Part shown: positions 1-12,111 of the stretch, in pieces
Layout: every line of letters begins with the position of its first letter
Numbering within the stretch: position 1 is the stretch's first letter
Notes under the pieces: generated by a model
The model's input: only the letters and a program-made list of their open reading frames with translations
What the model was told of the DNA's origin: nothing
Database searches by the model: none
Assembly: GCA_019429385.1 (NCBI GenBank)
Contig: JAHYIS010000008.1
Span: forward strand, 4,318-68,317
DNA from: ANME-2 cluster archaeon
Lineage (GTDB): Archaea > Halobacteriota > Methanosarcinia > Methanosarcinales > Methanocomedenaceae
DNA: 64,000 nucleotides
Direction: 5' to 3'
Made by a program: the position numbers and the translations under genes

Positions 1-1973
1 AGAATCATGTCAGAAGCTTCCTTGCTCACTTCCGTTCCCGTGATACCCATGGCAATTCCAATATCAGCAGCCTTCAGCGCAGGTGCGTCGTTCACACCAT
101 CGCCGGTTACTGCGACAACATGTCCATGCTTTTGCATAGCCTGTGTGATTCGTAATTTGTGTTCAGGTGTAACCCGTGCATATACCGAGGTATCTTCTAC
201 GACACTATACAGTTCATCATCACTCATACGTGACAGCTCATCTCCGGTCAACACCCTGTGAGTATCTATTCCCAGTTTTGCGGCAATGGCTTTCGCCGTA
301 CTTGCATAGTCCCCGGTCACCATTGCAACCCGTATACCTGCATCCCTGCATTTTTTCACCCCGTCAATCGCTTCTTCTCTTGGCGGGTCAATCATTCCCT
401 GGATCCCGAGAAACGTCATGTCCCTCAGGTCGCGCTCATCAAGCGTCGTTTTGTCAGTTACCTTGAATGCCATGGCAATCAGCCTGAGCGCTTCCTCTGC
501 CATCTCATTGGCTTTTTCCAGTGTCTTCTCTTTGTTGACCGGTCTGATGTTCCTATCTTCCATCCTGGTACTGCACATCTCCAGTATCCGCTCTGGTGAC
601 CCCTTCACATAGATGATATTCCCACTCTCTGCCTCATGGAGTGTAGCCATGTACTGCTGTTCAGACTCGAACGGGATCTCGTCCAGCTTTACCAGGTCAT
701 CGTCAATACCCGCTTTCATTGCACAAACCAACAATGCACCTTCGGTCGGGTCTCCACGTATGGAATATCCGCCATTTTCCACGATACCTGCATTATTGCA
801 AAGATACCCTGCCCTCAATGTTTCCCTCAACTCATCAGTCATCTCCTGCGGAGTGAATTCTCCAGAGGGTTCGTATCCGACCCCGCTCACCCTGTAGTCC
901 TGTCCGCCCGAATATATCCAGGAAACCGTCATCTGGTTCTTGGTGAGGGTCCCGGTCTTATCCGAGCATATGACTGTGGTGCATCCAAGGGTCTCTGCTG
1001 CAGGTAATCTTTTGATTATCGCATTCTTTCGCGCCATTGCGGTCACACCGAATGCCAGGGACATGGTCACTATTGCGGGCAGTCCTTCAGGTATAGCGGC
1101 GACTGCCATGGATACCGAAGCGAGGAATGCATATATTACATCGTACCCGAACCATACTGCCAGGAGAAAATTAATAAAGGTGATTGTGAGGATCGCAATG
1201 ACAAGGAACCGTGTAAAGTCCGCCATCCTTCTCGTAAGCGGTGTTACGATCTTTTTTGTCCGGGTAATCAGTGTTGCGATCCTTCCAATCTCTGCCTGGC
1301 TACCGGTACCGATAACGATTCCATATCCGAGCCCTTTCGTGACGAACGTACCGCTAAATGCCATGCACTTCTGGTCCGCAATAGTCGCTTTTCTCATAAC
1401 CGGGTCAGTATGCTTGGCCACAGGTACGGACTCTCCTGTCAATGCTGCCTCATCTGTGCTCAGATTCTTTGTACGGAACAGCCGCATATCTGCAGGGACT
1501 TTATTCCCGCCCTCCAGGATCACTACATCCCCCGGGACCAGTTCCCTTGCAGGTATGACAATCGTCTCATTATCCCGTATCACGGTGCACTCAGGTGTCA
1601 TCAACTTCCCAAGCGCTTCCACCGATTCTTCAGCTTTTCCTTCCTGGATAAAGCCGATTACGGTATTTGCAAGGACCACGGCAAGGATGACTACTGAATC
1701 CATCCACATATCCGCGCCTTTCCATATACTAAGAGCAGTGGTGATCGCAGCACAGGCAAGCAGGATGTAGATCAACGGGCTGTTGAACTGCATCAAAAAT
1801 CGAATAAGTGGACTTCGTGACTTAAATGTCAATTCATTGAACCCGTATTTGCCAAGTCTTGCCTTTGCCTCATCCGGGGAAAGTCCTGATGGTCCTGACC
1901 GCTGTTTTTCGAAAACGTGGTTCACAGACAGTTGATACCATTTGATTTCATTTGATGATACAGTTTTTTCCAT
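1..1973 (-). CDS. P-type cation-transporting ATPase (P2-like); C-terminal part lies beyond the window edge
   Basis: Absent from the ORF track because there is no stop in the window. Reverse-strand translation from the ATG (complement of 1971-1973) gives MEKTVSSNEIKWYQLSVNHVFEKQRSGPSGLSPDEAKARLGKYGFNEL..., then TGES and CSDKTGTLT (phospho-Asp site). Near the edge it gives GHVVAVTGDGVNDAPALKAADIGIAMG. The GGC codon at 104-102 is in frame with the ATG. Confidence 0.9.
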   Translation of the reverse strand, partial: MEKTVSSNEIKWYQLSVNHVFEKQRSGPSGLSPDEAKARLGKYGFNELTFKSRSPLIRFLMQFNSPLIYILLACAAITTALSIWKGADMWMDSVVILAVVLANTVIGFIQEGKAEESVEALGKLMTPECTVIRDNETIVIPARELVPGDVVILEGGNKVPADMRLFRTKNLSTDEAALTGESVPVAKHTDPVMRKATIADQKCMAFSGTFVTKGLGYGIVIGTGSQAEIGRIATLITRTKKIVTPLTRRMADFTRFLVIAILTITFINFLLAVWFGYDVIYAFLASVSMAVAAIPEGLPAIVTMSLAFGVTAMARKNAIIKRLPAAETLGCTTVICSDKTGTLTKNQMTVSWIYSGGQDYRVSGVGYEPSGEFTPQEMTDELRETLRAGYLCNNAGIVENGGYSIRGDPTEGALLVCAMKAGIDDDLVKLDEIPFESEQQYMATLHEAESGNIIYVKGSPERILEMCSTRMEDRNIRPVNKEKTLEKANEMAEEALRLIAMAFKVTDKTTLDERDLRDMTFLGIQGMIDPPREEAIDGVKKCRDAGIRVAMVTGDYASTAKAIAAKLGIDTHRVLTGDELSRMSDDELYSVVEDTSVYARVTPEHKLRITQAMQKHGHVVAVTGDGVNDAPALKAADIGIAMGITGTEVSKEASDMI

Positions 1974-2226
1974 TGCACCCACGTTTAATAGTACGCTCTG
2001 CCACTAAATAAATATATATACCCAAAAAATAATTGCGGACAGCAAACCATGGCTGCCAACAAACAATTTACCGGTAAGTGTTACCGTTCAACAACATATC
2101 AGTATGAACAGCCCACTACCGATGGGATATCATCGGATGCCATTGGATATCATCAGGTGCTATCGGAAATCGTGGAAAACTACAGAAGACCAGCGGAGAG
2201 CAGAGGATTACACAGGAGGCAGTAAC

Positions 2227-2604
2227 TTGGGATACAAAACGCTTTTAATAATCGGCATTGGTGGATTCCTGGGTGCTACGTCACGGTATTACCTGTCAGG
2301 ACTGGTCAGGCATGACAATTTTCCCTACGGGACCCTTCTGGTCAACTTTATAGGGTGCCTGGTCCTGGGATTGTTGATATTCTCACATATATACCAGGGA
2401 TATTTTTCTGATACGACCAGGAATTTTATCGCTATAGGACTTCTGGGTTCGTTCACCACCATGTCAACATTTTCCTACGAGACCGTGCGGCTGTTCAATG
2501 AATCCAATATAATGATGGGGTATGGGAATATACTCATGAACATTGTGTTGAGCATTTCCGGGATTTATGTTGGCAGGTTCATTGTAACGTCATTAAGCAT
2601 TTGA
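2227..2604 (+). CDS. crcB: Fluoride ion channel CrcB/FluC
   Basis: LLIIGIGGFLGATSRYYLSG...FPYGTLLVNFIGCLVLG...GLLGSFTTMSTFSYE is a typical CrcB layout. The track ORF starts at 2104, but CrcB proteins are about 125 aa. An in-frame TTG at 2227 follows AGGAGG (2213-2218). Confidence 0.85.
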   Translation: MGYKTLLIIGIGGFLGATSRYYLSGLVRHDNFPYGTLLVNFIGCLVLGLLIFSHIYQGYFSDTTRNFIAIGLLGSFTTMSTFSYETVRLFNESNIMMGYGNILMNIVLSISGIYVGRFIVTSLSI

Positions 2605-2790
2605 GGAGAATTAAGCAGCATTGCCTTGTTTGACACATTTGTTTGATATCTTTGGTCGATTACCATTTTTTTTCTGCATATCACCTCCAGGTTAAATAAA
2701 CTGCGGATTAAACCGCAGCTAAAGTAAATTATAATAACCCCCACAGCTACTATTAAACAATGGAACACTATTTTGCCCGGGTGGTACACT

Positions 2791-3537
2791 ATGGGAATCA
2801 GGCCGATAACCCAAATAATAATACTTTCAATCCTCACAACGCTGATCATGCTTAGCGGATGCACTGAAAACAATGATGGTCAGCCGCAGGTTGATGATAA
2901 CAATTCCGGCAATGGACAGTTTATTTATGGGGACGCTGCAGTTGAAAATATAGATATAATGATACTTGAATCGTTTCCGGTGCAGGTGATAGTGAAAGCT
3001 GCAGGATACCTTCCCGATGGCTGTACCGAGATAAACAATGTCACTACAAGCAGGAACGGGAACACATTTACCATCAGCATTACAACGATCCGGCCTGCTG
3101 CTGTCATGTGCACCCAGGCAATCGTACCTTTTAATGAGACCATCCCGCTTAATGTCCTTGGACTCAAGGCCGGCATCTATAATGTGACGGTCAATACCGT
3201 AAGCGATTCATTTGAACTGCACATGGACAATGCCATTACCGAGGGCTTGGACGGAGAAGGTATGGAATTGAAAATGGGCAATACCTTTTATGTTCAGCTC
3301 AATGAGAACCCCACAACAGGATTTTCATGGATGATGGATACCACTGACGGACTTGTTGTGGTCAATGATGAGTACATTGCACCCGACCCCGGACTGGTGG
3401 GTGCGGGCGGAGTTCACGTGTGGGAGATACAGGCGGTTGCAACAGGGACGCACCAGGTCTCAGCTTTGTACAGGCGCTCATGGGAAAATGTGACCGGGGA
3501 TGAGCAGATATTTGGATTTACCGCAGAGGTCATTTAA
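2791..3537 (+). CDS. Secreted lipoprotein with C-terminal chagasin-type cysteine-peptidase inhibitor (I42) domain
   Basis: Signal sequence plus lipobox-like LSGC. The C-terminal segment GNTFYVQLNENPTTGFSWMM...VGAGGVHVWEIQAVATGT carries the NPTTG(F/Y)xW hallmark of the chagasin/ICP family. The first ATG is at 2791; the track starts at TTG 2773. Confidence 0.75.
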   Translation: MGIRPITQIIILSILTTLIMLSGCTENNDGQPQVDDNNSGNGQFIYGDAAVENIDIMILESFPVQVIVKAAGYLPDGCTEINNVTTSRNGNTFTISITTIRPAAVMCTQAIVPFNETIPLNVLGLKAGIYNVTVNTVSDSFELHMDNAITEGLDGEGMELKMGNTFYVQLNENPTTGFSWMMDTTDGLVVVNDEYIAPDPGLVGAGGVHVWEIQAVATGTHQVSALYRRSWENVTGDEQIFGFTAEVI

Positions 3538-3676
3538 TATTTCAACGGGAAAGTGTTCATTTTACCATGGATTCGGAGCCGGTTATATATCCTGTATTTC
3601 GTTCCAAATAGTGCTGCGACACGACAGTCACTGCCAAATTTTCACGAACCCACTGCCATACTCTTTACCCACTATT

Positions 3677-4150
3677 CTACCCATATCCCTGCGACCTTAC
3701 TTCCAGCTCGTCCAGGCACACAGTCTCAGTCTGGGACACATCCCCCAATGATACCTCGATATCAAAACAATCGAACTGCTCGATACGATTATTTTTCAGG
3801 TTCAACTTCACCCCGTTGGCAGATGAATTGACATTTGAGTCCAAAGAATATATGAACACGTTATCCTCTCCATCCTCAACACCGTAAACGCTGACATCCC
3901 ACCTGAAACCCACATACTCCGAAGGAAGGGTCAGTTCAATAAATGCCCACTGGTCAGTAGTATTTATGTAGCGTGAACCATTGAACCAGGTATTAACGGT
4001 CACATCGAATGTATCGATACCATTATTGTCAGGATATTTTTCCTCCAAAACATTTTCCTGATAAAACAATAAGACGAAAGCTGCTACTATGAGCAGCACA
4101 CAACCCAGGGCAACCACGATCATCATTATGAACTTTTGTTTACCATCCAT
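3677..4150 (-). CDS. Hypothetical N-terminally membrane-anchored protein
   Basis: 157-aa ORF with one N-terminal hydrophobic helix (FIMMIVVALGCVLLIVAAFVLLF). No family recognised. Confidence 0.45.
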   Translation of the reverse strand: MDGKQKFIMMIVVALGCVLLIVAAFVLLFYQENVLEEKYPDNNGIDTFDVTVNTWFNGSRYINTTDQWAFIELTLPSEYVGFRWDVSVYGVEDGEDNVFIYSLDSNVNSSANGVKLNLKNNRIEQFDCFDIEVSLGDVSQTETVCLDELEVRSQGYG

Positions 4151-4174
4151 TCATACCAGAGATGAACGTTACAG

Positions 4175-7018
4175 CTAATTACTTTTGCCACCCATGATCT
4201 CTTTGAGGAACCGCCCGGTATATGAACTGCTCACCAGGGCAACTTCTTCGGGCGTACCTTTTGCGATCACGGTGCCGCCACCCTCGCCACCCTCGGGTCC
4301 CAGGTCGATGATATGGTCGGCGGTCTTGATGACATCAAGGTTATGCTCAATGATCACAACAGCGTTGCCGGCATCGGTCAGCCTGTTCAATACAGACAAT
4401 AGTTTATTCACGTCATCAAAATGAAGCCCTGTGGTGGGCTCGTCAAGGATGTACACGGTACGACCCGTACTTCTGCGGCTCAGTTCAGCGGAAAGCTTAA
4501 TGCGTTGAGCTTCGCCGCCGGACAGCGTTGTGGCTGACTGTCCCAGTTTAATATATCCCAGACCCACGTCCTGGATGGTCTGGAGTTTGTTCGTGATCTT
4601 GGGGATGTTCCGGAAGAATTCAAGGGCTTCCTCAACGGTCATGTCCAGCACATCCGCGATATTCTTGCCCTTGTAGGTTATCTCAAGGGTCTCGTTGTTA
4701 TAGCGGCTGCTGTGACATACCTCGCACTGGACATACACATCGGGCAAGAAATGCATCTCGATGGTGATGATACCGTCGCCGCTACATGCCTCGCACCGCC
4801 CGCCCCTGACATTGAAACTGAACCTTCCGGGCTTGTACCCGCGGGCCTTGGATTCAGGAGTCATAGCGAACAGTTCCCTGATCGGCGTGAACACGCTGGT
4901 ATACGTAGCAGGATTGGAACGCGGTGTCCTGCCAATGGGACTCTGGTCGATGGTTATCACCTTGTCTATCTGTCCGATACCGTCAATGCCATCGTGTTTG
5001 CCGGGTTTTGAACGTGCGCGGTGGAGCTTGTGTGCCAGTGCCTTGTTCAGTATTTCATTGACCAGCGTGCTCTTGCCCGAGCCTGAAACACCGGTCACGC
5101 AGGTCATTACACCCAGGGGGAACTTCACATCAATATGCTTCAGGTTGTGTTCCTGCGCACCCCTGAGAGTCAACCAGCCGGTCGGAATCCTGCGCCTGGA
5201 CGGGATCTCAATGTTCTTTTTCCCTGAAAGATACTGCCCGGTAAGCGATTGTACGGTTTTCATGACCTTTTCGGGCGGACCTGCCACTACGACCTCGCCG
5301 CCGTGGACCCCGGCACCTGGCCCCATATCCACGATATAATCTGCAGCGAGCATGGTATCCCGGTCATGTTCCACGACAATGATGGTATTACCCAGGTCCC
5401 GCAGTTGTTTCAGCATCCTGATAAGCCTGTCATTGTCCCTGTGATGCAGTCCGATACTGGGTTCATCCAGGATGTACAGCACGCCCACCAGGCTGGAACC
5501 TATCTGCGTAGCCAGGCGTATGCGCTGTGCTTCGCCGCCTGACAGGGTGCCTGAAGCGCGGTCCAGGCTGAGATAATCCAGACCAACATCGATAAGGAAT
5601 CCCAGCCTGGCATTGATCTCTTTCAGGATGCGCCTGGCTATCAGGAATTCCCGTTCATTCAATTCAATAGTAGTAAAAAAATCCGCAGCATCCTTCACAG
5701 ACATGGCAGATATTATATCAATACCTGTATCCTTCACCGTGACCGCAAGGCTATAAGGTTTCAACCTCTTCCCGTTGCATTCCTGGCACGGCGCCGTGCT
5801 CATGTACTGCTGGATCTTGTCACGCATCTCTTCACTGGTGGATTCACGGTACCGCCGCTGCAGGTTATGTACCACACCCTCGAACCTGCTGTAGTGTTCC
5901 CATACACCTGGCCTTTCCTTAGGTACATACCTGAACTTTACCTTCTCGGTGGTCCCGTACAGAATAATGTTAAGCTGCTCCTGGCTCAACTCTTCGATAG
6001 GCGAGGTTATGGAAAAACCGTATTTTTCAGCAACAGCCTTCAGGGTCTGGATGTGGTACCCGTTTGGCGATTTGCCCCACGGTTCAACAGCCCCTTCCAT
6101 AATGGAAAATGTGGGGTCGGGTATGATAAGTTCGGGGTCGAATTCCATGGTACTGCCCAGTCCCTGGCATTTGGGACAGGCACCCCTGGGATTATTGAAC
6201 GAGAACATGGCAGGTTCCAGTGCCTCGAAACTCAACGTGCAGTGGGCACATGACAGGTGTTCACTGAACAGCATCTCACGGTCTTCATCCACAACCTGTA
6301 CCATTACCACACCGCCACCCACATGCAGTGCAGTCTCGACCGAATCGGCAAGACGTTCCTTTATACCTTCTTTTATCACCAGGCGGTCGATGACGACATC
6401 GATATTGTGCTTCTGGTACCTGCCCATCTGGATATCATCTTCCAGGCTGTGTATCTCACCGTCCACCCGCACCCGGCTGTATCCTTCACGTTTCAGGTCA
6501 TCGAATAACTGTTTATACTCCCCTTTGCGGTCCTGGACAATAGGTGAGAGCACGTGTATTTTGGTATCTTCAGGCAGTACCATCACGCTGTCGATGATCT
6601 GGTCAAGGGTCTGTGGTGCTATCTCCCTGCCGCAATCAGGGCAGTGCGGCACGCCTATCCTGGCATACAGCAGCCTGAGGTAATCGTGTATCTCAGTTAC
6701 CGTGCCCACGGTTGAGCGCGGGTTCTTGCTGGTGGTCTTTTGTTGAATGGAGATGGCAGGGGAGAGCCCTTCTATATATTCGACATCGGGTTTGTCCATC
6801 TGGCCAAGGAACTGGCGGGCATAGGCTGAGAGGGATTCCACATAACGACGCTGTCCTTCCGCATAAATGGTATCGAATGCAAGCGAGGATTTACCGCTAC
6901 CGCTGATCCCGGTAATAACGATGAATTTGTCCCTGGGCAGTTCCAGGTCGATATTTTTGAGGTTGTGTACCTTTGCGCCTTTGAGCAGTATCTTATCAAG
7001 TGCCATTTTGTAGCTCAA
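4175..7018 (-). CDS. uvrA: Excinuclease ABC subunit A
   Basis: 947 aa. Two ABC ATPase modules ([31 protein letters not shown] twice) and zinc-finger cysteines (CPDCG, CxxC). Confidence 0.97.
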   Translation of the reverse strand: MSYKMALDKILLKGAKVHNLKNIDLELPRDKFIVITGISGSGKSSLAFDTIYAEGQRRYVESLSAYARQFLGQMDKPDVEYIEGLSPAISIQQKTTSKNPRSTVGTVTEIHDYLRLLYARIGVPHCPDCGREIAPQTLDQIIDSVMVLPEDTKIHVLSPIVQDRKGEYKQLFDDLKREGYSRVRVDGEIHSLEDDIQMGRYQKHNIDVVIDRLVIKEGIKERLADSVETALHVGGGVVMVQVVDEDREMLFSEHLSCAHCTLSFEALEPAMFSFNNPRGACPKCQGLGSTMEFDPELIIPDPTFSIMEGAVEPWGKSPNGYHIQTLKAVAEKYGFSITSPIEELSQEQLNIILYGTTEKVKFRYVPKERPGVWEHYSRFEGVVHNLQRRYRESTSEEMRDKIQQYMSTAPCQECNGKRLKPYSLAVTVKDTGIDIISAMSVKDAADFFTTIELNEREFLIARRILKEINARLGFLIDVGLDYLSLDRASGTLSGGEAQRIRLATQIGSSLVGVLYILDEPSIGLHHRDNDRLIRMLKQLRDLGNTIIVVEHDRDTMLAADYIVDMGPGAGVHGGEVVVAGPPEKVMKTVQSLTGQYLSGKKNIEIPSRRRIPTGWLTLRGAQEHNLKHIDVKFPLGVMTCVTGVSGSGKSTLVNEILNKALAHKLHRARSKPGKHDGIDGIGQIDKVITIDQSPIGRTPRSNPATYTSVFTPIRELFAMTPESKARGYKPGRFSFNVRGGRCEACSGDGIITIEMHFLPDVYVQCEVCHSSRYNNETLEITYKGKNIADVLDMTVEEALEFFRNIPKITNKLQTIQDVGLGYIKLGQSATTLSGGEAQRIKLSAELSRRSTGRTVYILDEPTTGLHFDDVNKLLSVLNRLTDAGNAVVIIEHNLDVIKTADHIIDLGPEGGEGGGTVIAKGTPEEVALVSSSYTGRFLKEIMGGKSN

Positions 7019-7321
7019 GATTTACCTGAACCATATTAACACTTTCAGCCAGACAATTCTGGAATGAGGGTAAAAAGCAGGAAGGTTTATTGCGAAATAA
7101 GACTAAATATTAATGGGGAATGGAAATATGAGCTATGTATGTATCTATCTTGTAGGTAATCGATGTACTGCTAGCGCGAGCCATTATTTTCCTGACGCAA
7201 AACACATTGAGAAGTATTGCCATAGTCTTGATTGCCAGAGATGTCCTGTCATGATGACGTACATAACCCGGCCAGGTATATTTTCAGATGGGTGGTAGAA
7301 TAATAACGATTTTAGCCGATT

Positions 7322-9289
7322 TTAGTCTATTTCTTCCAGTTTCTGTTTCAATTCCCTGATACGATCCCTCATAGAAGCAGCATCTTCGAACTCAAGCTGT
7401 TTTGCTGCCTTTTGCATTCTGGCTTCCAGGTCGATCATGAGGTCCAGTATCTCCTCCTGGGACAGATCTTCAAAGAGTTGTGTGCCAATTTCTTCGTGTT
7501 TTGGTACAATGTCTTTTCGAATAGATTTGGTTATGGACCGTGGTGTGATATTGTGCTGTCTGTTATATTCCTGCTGGATGAGACGACGCCGGTTTGTTTC
7601 ATCCATCGCTCTTTTAATGGAACCGGTTATCTTATCGGCATACATTACCACCCTGCCTTCCACGTTGCGGCTGGCGCGGCCGATGGTCTGGATGAGCGAG
7701 CGCTCAGACCTCAGGAATCCTTCTTTATCAGCATCAAGAATGGCGACCAGTGACACTTCGGGAAGGTCAAGACCTTCCCTCAACAGATTAATGCCCACCA
7801 GTACATCGAACTGGCCCAGGCGCAGATCCCGTATTATTTCCACCCGTTCAAGGGTCTGGATATCAGAGTGCATATACCTGGCTTTGATATCGAGTTCAGC
7901 CAGGTATTCGGTCAGGTCTTCAGCCATCCGCTTGGTCAGGGTAGTGACCAGGACGCGCCCGCCTGCATCCACCTCACGCCTGACCTCTCCTATCAGGTCG
8001 TCCACCTGTCCCTGTACAGGACGTATCGCAACTTCGGGGTCTACCAGCCCGGTAGGCCTGATGATCTGTTCAACCACTCTGGCGCTATTTTCCAGTTCAA
8101 AATCACCGGGCGTGGCCGAGACATATATGGTCTGCCCCGCACGTTTGCGAAACTCATCGATCCTGAGCGGCCTGTTGTCATAAGCACTGGGTAACCTGAA
8201 ACCGTTTTGTACCAGCGCGTCCTTGCGGGCGCGGTCTCCATTGTGCATCCCCTGTATCTGCGGGAGGGTAACATGGCTTTCGTCAAGGATGGCTAAATAG
8301 TCATCAGGAAAAAAATCAAGGAGGGTATAAGGGGGTTCTCCAGGCGAGCGGCCTTCCATATGCGCGCTGTAGTTCTCGATACCGGAACAGTACCCTATCT
8401 CGCGCATCATTTCGATATCGAACCGCGTTCTTTGTTCCAGCCGCTGTGCTTCCAGAAGTTTCCCCTGGGAACGGAACCGCTCAACTTCCACTTCCAGTTC
8501 CGCTTCTATTGAGACTATGGCTTTTTCGATGGCCTCGGCAGGCATAACATAATGCCTGGCAGGGTATATTGCAGCGCACTGGAGGTCGTGCAGGGTATGA
8601 CCTGTCAACGGGTCGAACTCGGTTATCCGTTCCACTTCGTCGCCGAACAATTCTATGCGCAACCCCTGGTTCGACATAGCGGGAAAGATTTCTATGGTAT
8701 CGCCGCGCACTCTGAAATTGCCCTGGGTAAAGTTCAGGTCATTGCGCTCGTACTGGATATCTACCAGCGCGGCCTGGATATATTTTCGTTCGATATGCTG
8801 GCCCACATCAAGCACCAGCGTCATGCTGCGCCATTCTTCAGGACTGCCCAGTCCGTAGATACAGGATACACTTGCTACCACGACCACATCCCGCCGTTCT
8901 ATGAGCGAGCGGGTGGTAGCGAGCCTGAGTTTGTCTATCTCTTCATTGATGTGGGCATCTTTTTCAATATAGGTATCTGTGGTGGGCAAATAGGCTTCCG
9001 GCTGGTAGTAATCGTAATAACTGACAAAGTATTCCACTGCATTCTCAGGGAAGAACTCCTTGAACTCGCTGTACAATTGGGCGGCGAGGGTCTTGTTATG
9101 GGCAATGACCAGGGTGGGGCGCTGGACTTTTTCGATCACCTTAGCTACCGTGAAGGTCTTGCCTGAACCAGTGACCCCGAGGAGGGTCTGGTGTCGTTCA
9201 CCGGCCTGGATACCTTTTGACAGGGATTCTATAGCAGGTCCCTGGTCACCGGTGGGCTGGAATTCTGATACGACGTTAAAAGCGGGCAT
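7322..9289 (-). CDS. uvrB: Excinuclease ABC subunit B
   Basis: 655 aa. [21 protein letters not shown], helicase motifs and the C-terminal UVR domain ([15 protein letters not shown]). Confidence 0.97.
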   Translation of the reverse strand: MPAFNVVSEFQPTGDQGPAIESLSKGIQAGERHQTLLGVTGSGKTFTVAKVIEKVQRPTLVIAHNKTLAAQLYSEFKEFFPENAVEYFVSYYDYYQPEAYLPTTDTYIEKDAHINEEIDKLRLATTRSLIERRDVVVVASVSCIYGLGSPEEWRSMTLVLDVGQHIERKYIQAALVDIQYERNDLNFTQGNFRVRGDTIEIFPAMSNQGLRIELFGDEVERITEFDPLTGHTLHDLQCAAIYPARHYVMPAEAIEKAIVSIEAELEVEVERFRSQGKLLEAQRLEQRTRFDIEMMREIGYCSGIENYSAHMEGRSPGEPPYTLLDFFPDDYLAILDESHVTLPQIQGMHNGDRARKDALVQNGFRLPSAYDNRPLRIDEFRKRAGQTIYVSATPGDFELENSARVVEQIIRPTGLVDPEVAIRPVQGQVDDLIGEVRREVDAGGRVLVTTLTKRMAEDLTEYLAELDIKARYMHSDIQTLERVEIIRDLRLGQFDVLVGINLLREGLDLPEVSLVAILDADKEGFLRSERSLIQTIGRASRNVEGRVVMYADKITGSIKRAMDETNRRRLIQQEYNRQHNITPRSITKSIRKDIVPKHEEIGTQLFEDLSQEEILDLMIDLEARMQKAAKQLEFEDAASMRDRIRELKQKLEEID

Positions 9290-9563
9290 TTACTGGAGGA
9301 TATGTTTAGGAGAGGTATTAAAAGGTAGGTTGGTAACCGGGTCATATAATTAGTAGATAGGGATTTTCTTCTGCTGAAAAAGGGCATTTGCGGATTTTAT
9401 TACAAATAATTAAATACTATCTGATGTTATAACCAAAGAATGGTTACATGTTATTTCGAAAAAACAGGCACAATTCAGATAATCAAAACACTTTATGTGT
9501 GATTCATATTTTTAATAATGGCGAATGTTCCCATTAATACGTTGTACGAGGAGGATATTGTTT

Positions 9564-10667
9564 GTGGATAAAATCAAAATTGCAATTGTAGGTCTTGGAA
9601 ATTGTGCCAGTTCCCTGATACAGGGAATTGAGTATTATAAGAATAACGACAGCAATAGTGTTAATGGACTCATGCATTGGGACCTCGGAGGTTACCTTCC
9701 TTATGATATTGAGGTCGTGGCAGCTTTTGATGTTGATAAGCGGAAAGTGGGAAAGGATGTATCAGAGGCTATATTTGAAAGACCGAATTGTACGACCGTG
9801 TTTTGTAAAGATATACCCCGCACCGGCGTAAAGGTGATTATGGGGCAGGTGCTGGACGGCATATCAGAACACATGAGCGGTTATGATGACAAAGCCACCT
9901 TTATTGTTTCTGATGAAAAGGAGGCTTCGAAAGAGGATATCGTAGATATACTAAATGCCACCAGGGCCGAGATTCTTTTGAATTACTGTCCTGTAGGGTC
10001 TGAACAGGCCACACGGTTCTATGCAGAATGTGCCCTGGAAGCCGGAGTGGCGTTTATCAATAACATGCCTGTTTTCATTGCAAGTAATCCGGAATGGGCT
10101 GCCAGGTTCAAGGAAAAAGGCATACCCATAATAGGCGATGATATAAAAGCACAGATAGGGGCCACCATTACCCACAGGACCCTGGTTGACCTGTTCAGGA
10201 AACGCGGAGTGAAAATTGACAGGACATACCAGTTAAATACCGGGGGGAATACTGATTTTCTGAATATGCTCAACAGGGAGAGGCTTGCCTCTAAAAAGAC
10301 GTCAAAGACCGAATCGGTGCAATCTGTGCTGTCCGAGAGGCTCGATGATGATAATATCCATATCGGTCCCAGCGATTATGTCCCGTGGCAAAAGGATAAC
10401 AAGGTCTGCTATCTGAGGATTGAAGGCAAGCTGTTCGGTGATGTGCCCATGAACCTGGAAATGCGACTGTCTGTGGAGGATTCGCCAAACTCTGCGGGAG
10501 TGGTGGTAGATGCCATCCGCTGTTGCAAACTGGCACTTGACAGGGGTGTAGGCGGGATACTGTATTCTCCATCCTCATATTTCATGAAGTACCCGCCCGA
10601 ACAGCATTCCGATACTGAGGCTTACCAGTTGACGGAAGATTTCATCAACGGTGATAGAGAGAACTGA
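9564..10667 (+). CDS. ino1: myo-Inositol-1-phosphate synthase (archaeal type)
   Basis: [25 protein letters not shown]-terminus and overall length fit archaeal MIPS. The likely start is GTG 9564, downstream of GAGGAGGA. The track ORF starts at 9525. Confidence 0.85.
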   Translation: MDKIKIAIVGLGNCASSLIQGIEYYKNNDSNSVNGLMHWDLGGYLPYDIEVVAAFDVDKRKVGKDVSEAIFERPNCTTVFCKDIPRTGVKVIMGQVLDGISEHMSGYDDKATFIVSDEKEASKEDIVDILNATRAEILLNYCPVGSEQATRFYAECALEAGVAFINNMPVFIASNPEWAARFKEKGIPIIGDDIKAQIGATITHRTLVDLFRKRGVKIDRTYQLNTGGNTDFLNMLNRERLASKKTSKTESVQSVLSERLDDDNIHIGPSDYVPWQKDNKVCYLRIEGKLFGDVPMNLEMRLSVEDSPNSAGVVVDAIRCCKLALDRGVGGILYSPSSYFMKYPPEQHSDTEAYQLTEDFINGDREN

Positions 10668-10712
10668 ACAGGGACCTTACCCTGCCGGGCTATTGAGCTC
10701 ACGAACACGACC

Positions 10713-11003
10713 ATGTCTGGGGAACGGGAAGTTATCCTTGTCAAAAAATTAGTGAATAAACGCATCGACTGTACCTGCGGGGTGGCTGTGATGCCCATTG
10801 ACCCCTCGCCTGAAGTAAGTGAGGCCATCAAGAGAGTGGCCCGGGAGTCTGGTGCACGTTTTCGTATTATTGATACCTCGGTGCATCCGGAGGTAGTTTC
10901 AAAGTATCATATCAAGGAACTGCCTGCTGTTTTGATAGAAGAAAGGGTGTACGAGGCTGATGAAGGAACGGTAAAGAGGGTGCTGGCTGAAATTACCAGC
11001 TGA
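10713..11003 (+). CDS. Small thioredoxin-fold-like protein (CxC instead of CxxC)
   Basis: 96 aa. The beta-alpha-beta layout, with CTCG where small archaeal thioredoxin-like proteins carry CxxC, and ..ELPAVLIEERVY resemble that family. This is a weak call. Confidence 0.4.
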   Translation: MSGEREVILVKKLVNKRIDCTCGVAVMPIDPSPEVSEAIKRVARESGARFRIIDTSVHPEVVSKYHIKELPAVLIEERVYEADEGTVKRVLAEITS

Positions 11004-11223
11004 AATAGAGCCAAAAATGGGGTTTTTATTTGTAAACAGGCGAATATGGTGGTTATTTTAAGACATTTTTAAGAAAATGCTATTCGCCCAATGTTTCATG
11101 TGGAAAAATACGAAAAAGGGTAATGTGCAGACCAGCGACCAGAAGATCCGTATCTACAGTACAGGCAATACCGTAATGAAATGATTTATAGCATATTTAA
11201 TGGGTTATTTATTAAGGGAGAAC

Positions 11224-11883
11224 ATGAGACTTCGTAATCTAGCGATTGTGTGCATATTGGTAATATCTGCTGTTTCCGGGTGCCTATCTAATACAGAAAA
11301 GATAAACGATTACGGGAATGAGACCGAAGCTACCCAATACCAGGGTATCAAATTAACTCCTCTGAGCAGGCAGCGTAATAATGCAGTAGAAGGAACTCAA
11401 TATATCGATAAGGAAACGTACAGGCTGCAAATTGATGGACTGGTGGAAAAGCCGGTAAATCTTACGTATGACCAGATACTTGCATACCCTTCAACATCCA
11501 AAGTGGTCGACATGAACTGCGTGGAAGGGTGGGGCTTTACTGCAAAATGGACCGGGGTTCTCTTCGAAACATTGCTCAACGATTCGGGTGTTCATGAAAA
11601 TGCTACTGACGTGATATTCTACTGCGCTGACGGATATTCCACGTCACATGACCTCGATTTCCTGATGGATAATGATATCATGCTTGCCTACAGGATAAAT
11701 GACGTTACCCTGCCTCATAGCAGAGGATTTCCTTTGCAGCTGGTTGCTGAGGATAAGTATGGGTACAAGTGGGCTAAATGGATAACCCGTATCGAAGTTA
11801 CGAATGCCGAGTACAGGGGGTACTGGGAGAGCAGGGGGTACAGTGATAGAGCTGATGTAGGTGGACCTGCATTTGAAAGATGA
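11224..11883 (+). CDS. Exported molybdopterin-dependent oxidoreductase (sulfite-oxidase/YedY-like Mo domain), probable lipoprotein
   Basis: Lipobox AVSGC. YRLQIDGLVEKPVNLTYDQIL...VVDMNCVEGWGFTAKWTGV...GFPLQLVAEDKYGYKWAKWITRIEV matches the Oxidored_molyb domain pattern. Confidence 0.75.
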   Translation: MRLRNLAIVCILVISAVSGCLSNTEKINDYGNETEATQYQGIKLTPLSRQRNNAVEGTQYIDKETYRLQIDGLVEKPVNLTYDQILAYPSTSKVVDMNCVEGWGFTAKWTGVLFETLLNDSGVHENATDVIFYCADGYSTSHDLDFLMDNDIMLAYRINDVTLPHSRGFPLQLVAEDKYGYKWAKWITRIEVTNAEYRGYWESRGYSDRADVGGPAFER

Positions 11884-12111
11884 ACGGGTAACTCCGTATG
11901 AAGAACATGTGTTAAAAAGTGTTATGTATACCTCGGATGATCCCGGATACATGAAAGATGAGGATGGTGAGAAAATCTCACCAATTCCCTTTTAGATTTA
12001 TTTCATGACGATCCTCGGTCATACATCAGATTTGACACTATTTTGATAGTACATAAAGTATACCTTTTTGTACTCAAGTAAATCCGACCGCAGGGAGGAT
12101 TTTCTTGTACC

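Noticed and set aside
940-1770. 276-aa plus-strand ORF, together with the other plus-strand ORFs between 7 and 1770
   Set aside because: They are low-complexity, Ser/Ala/Ile-rich translations that lie antisense to a minus-strand P-type ATPase carrying unmistakable DKTGTLT and GDGVNDAP motifs. They are shadow ORFs.
1975-2226. Fluoride riboswitch expected upstream of crcB
   Set aside because: I could not match the conserved crcB-motif blocks on either strand by eye. The region is reported only as an unexplained leader with a direct repeat.
2611-2679. 22-aa minus-strand micro-ORF (MQKKNGNRPKISNKCVKQGNAA) preceded by GGAGGTGA and a CTGCGG/CCGCAG hairpin (2701-2718)
   Set aside because: The ribosome-binding site is striking, but the ORF is tiny and low-complexity and its conservation cannot be checked here. 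The hairpin may simply be a terminator for the convergent genes.
2565-2873. 102-aa minus-strand ORF
   Set aside because: It overlaps the 3' end of crcB and the 5' end of the inhibitor lipoprotein gene. Its composition looks non-coding.
7113-7298. 61-aa Cys-rich ORF on the plus strand between uvrA and uvrB
   Set aside because: It has no recognisable ribosome-binding site or family. It lies in the spacer of two minus-strand genes, and the sequence alone is too weak to support a gene call.
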